Made by a program: the position numbers and the translations under genes
Shown here: piece after piece, positions 61,006-64,000 of the stretch
Layout of the letters: each line of letters starts with the position of its first letter
Numbering within the stretch: position 1 is the first letter of the stretch
Notes under the pieces: generated by a model
The model's input: the letters and a program-made list of their open reading frames with translations, nothing else
The model's database searches: none
Told to the model about the DNA's origin: nothing
From: Phoronis australis
Lineage: Eukaryota; Animalia; Phoronida
Assembly: GCA_002633005.1 (NCBI GenBank)
Contig: NMRA01000231.1
Coordinates: forward strand, 86,351 to 150,350
Length of the DNA: 64,000 bases
Direction: 5' to 3'

Positions 61006-64000
61006 AAACACATAGCTTGTAAGAAAACTCATGTAATTCTTACCCGTAACCTCAAAAATGTATCTTTCTTTCAAGCAAAGAATTTTAGACACAACAATTC
61101 TTATTATCCAAAACTTTAAGACTAACATACTACATGGTCTGAGTGCACACTGTTTGCAATTTATGACACGGCAATGTACAATGAGGAAATTAACATTTCA
61201 AAGAACATCTGAGTGCTTAGCCCATTGGACCGAGCAAATGTTAAGAATCCAGCAACTTTTTTCTCTGAAACAGAAGCCTGCATTGATCACAAATAGTCAA
61301 ACCAAGTAAAAATGTGCTCCAATCAATTCATACTGTTCTGCTGACATCCAAAACAAACAATCATTATGGCTAATGTCTATACACTCACTCCAGCCCAGGA
61401 ATAACATTTGTGATATGAACAATGCTATGTAATGACCATTCTTAAAGCTGAGGATAAGTTTATAACAAGAGTGGCTGGGATGCCCTTGTGGAGCTGAATG
61501 TATGTCTAATGAATGAAATCTATGAAAACCGATGGCCATGTTATAAAAGGCTGAAATATTAATCGTTCTCGTTTTATATGACAATTTTATTAGAAATAGA
61601 ACAAAGCGAAATTCTACAACCACCAAAACAGTATGTAAAAAACTGAAATAAACGCGTGTTCAGGTGAATGGATTGGATTGATGCACCATCAAATAGCACA
61701 GTTTTACCCTCAATCACTACCTGTAGACTTCATTGCTGTCTTCTCATGACAAAATAGATCGCTTGAAAAAATTTCCCACGCACTACAGAATTTGATGATT
61801 GTGCCGCACTTAACCAGAGTTAGGGTCATGGATAACCTTATTTGTAAGTGTCTCTACTTAGCCAAAAATCTACAAAACAATAGATTTTAACCAGTCAGTA
61901 AAGAATATCTTTTGTTAAAGTAGAAAGCCTATAGAATTTGATTATTGACTTTTTACCAACCTGCCATTAATTGGGTCATGTTACCGTGTCTTTTTAGAAA
62001 AATTTTACAAAAAAGAAAGGTATGTTGATAGCAAATAATATTTGATTTATATGTCTGAAATGAGATCAGATTTCAAAAACAGTGTTCCTCATAGATGAGA
62101 ATATGTATATTCCTAGCTTCCATTTAAATGATGATAACAAATACTTGATCTCCGCGCAGTGTACTGGGACCTGCTACGTGATTCTTCTTGACATGAGCAA
62201 ATTCCCCGTGTTGTTTTATTTTATTCCACTATAGAAAAGTGTGCACCTGGTGGTGAACCAAGTCCGCGAGAAATGAACGAAACAGCTGTACACTGACACC
62301 ATTAAAAGTACGGCTTTTCGGTTCCAAAAGGGATCTTTATTTATTATTATTAGTGTTTGTCAGTTTTCTAAAATATTTCGTTTTCATTTTATGCAACTTG
62401 AAGAGTTTTTCTCATGAAAATCAGTTGCCACTCATACAAAAGTGGAACATTGCAAAAAATACCCGAGCAAGATCTTGGAGAAAAGTGCATGAAGCCCAGC
62501 AATGTTCTCCACAACCTGTTTGACTCGTCACTGCGTGGAGTTTGAATTTTGTCATGAGGAGTTAGGCTTACTTGCGTCAAGTTTGGTAACCAATGCAACG
62601 AGTTTCCAGTATTGGTAGATCAGCCATTTCTTAAGCAAATTTGGACATTTTGGATTTTTGGTGCCAGTTCAGTGCATTAATTCCAATACTAGACACAAAC
62701 TCTGCACAGTGTGGACATGGACTTTCAACCATGTTCATGAATTTTGTAATTCGCGTCAAGCTTGAATTTTCTGTTGTGGAAAACACTGATAAGTAATTGA
62801 AAGTTTCATGTAACTGAAGGTCAAAGGAGTCGATGTTGAAAAACAGCATGCTAACCACTAAAGAATCTATGTTTACCTATTACTTTGTCTTGTAATTAGT
62901 TCCATCCCACAGGAAATTATTTGACTTTTCTACTGACTGTCTAATTCAGAGACAATTCATTATAATGCAAGTTTGTCTTCTTCTAAGACCACAAAACAAT
63001 TATGTCGAGAACTTTAAACTTTTCAAACCAACAAGTCTTATAAAAATATAAACAACAAAGTTGTAATTTTTACCTCAGGTCTGCTGACATCAAAGCTCAC
63101 ATTGTTTGTATGGGATTTCTGAGTACTGTAAAACTCCACTTTACAGAACTAACGATATTACCCAACTAACTAAAGGCAAATATCTGCAATTTCAGTACTT
63201 TAGTATCCTGCATGACTTGTAATGCCGAATTACCAAATAACTCAACTATAAAGTAGCAAGCTATCAGTGAACATAAGCAAGTTTAGTGCAGACATAAATT
63301 TAAATGAACGTAACAGAATTCAAACAAGTGATCAGGTAGTAATGGTAATGACAGGATTGCAATCATACCGGCAAGTGAATTCTGGGCAAAGTTCCGTAGA
63401 TAAATCTCGTGAAGGAAACAGAGTGTTATCACGTGCTTCAATTGCCATACATGACAGTATCTCGCAAAGTCTTGCGCGACCTTGTATTTTAGTGAGGTTT
63501 TCACAACTACGGAATGCAAGCATGCTTTACTTACCAGCAGGAGGTAACGCACAGCTGTTTGGATCATGGCTGCAACTTCAAATTTAAGTTTACAGATTCT
63601 AATCGGGAAGAACCAGTGACCACTAAAGTTCAAACCTTCTTCACACTGTCAGTCAGTTGTGTTGAGTTTCCAGCAGTGAATCTAACAAGTAACACCAGGT
63701 ATGCACATCAGCAAACCCATCAAATACCACTAGAGGTCGGAGGTCAGAAGTGATGCACAATCCTCAAGACTTCAGCCACAGTTGGCGAAGATAGGACCTG
63801 AGACTAGCAGATTCAGTAATCCTGAATCCAAATCAAGAGGTTTCAAGAAGCGGATACCAGAGTTCACCATTTACTGGAGATCAGCTTCCATCACATAGCA
63901 AAGCAGATAAGATAGTCTAGATGTAATCTCGGGACAGTTTCTTATACTAATGGTCAGCTTCACAAAAGACTCAAGAACATGAACAGCCATTCAATCACAC

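Noticed and set aside
60069-64000. Short ORFs in the last 4 kb
   Set aside because: No recognisable domains or consistent exon chain; treated as intron/UTR or intergenic sequence.
1-64000. CRISPR arrays, rRNA, intact tRNA genes, autonomous transposase or RT genes
   Set aside because: None seen. The sequence is eukaryotic, and the tRNA-like pieces lack intact cloverleafs.

Overview
Eukaryotic, AT-rich, intron-containing animal genomic DNA. It looks like a marine invertebrate, possibly lophotrochozoan, but that placement is inference only. I reconstructed four spliced genes by hand with GT-AG introns and continuous reading frames. (1) RRP1B/Nop52-like on + (9 coding exons, 329-14127, ~692 aa). 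(2, 3) Two tandem M13 (neprilysin/ECE-like) type II membrane metallopeptidase paralogues on - (A: 35601-16977, ~746 aa; B: 51594-39285, ~757 aa). (4) FBXO30/FBXO40-like on - (59683-56498, ~520 aa). The most notable signal is that both M13 genes are intact but have remodelled active sites. Both keep HExxH and lose the N542 and H711 equivalents; A also has Arg at the third zinc ligand, and B lacks the R717 equivalent. They also show reciprocal intron differences. Two single-N scaffold joins (11352, 18924) each separate near-identical tandem copies that are probably uncollapsed haplotypes. Introns carry many MITEs, tRNA-derived repeats, a degenerate hammerhead ribozyme, and a strongly G/T-skewed segment inside long inverted repeats. 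All alignments and counts were done by eye.
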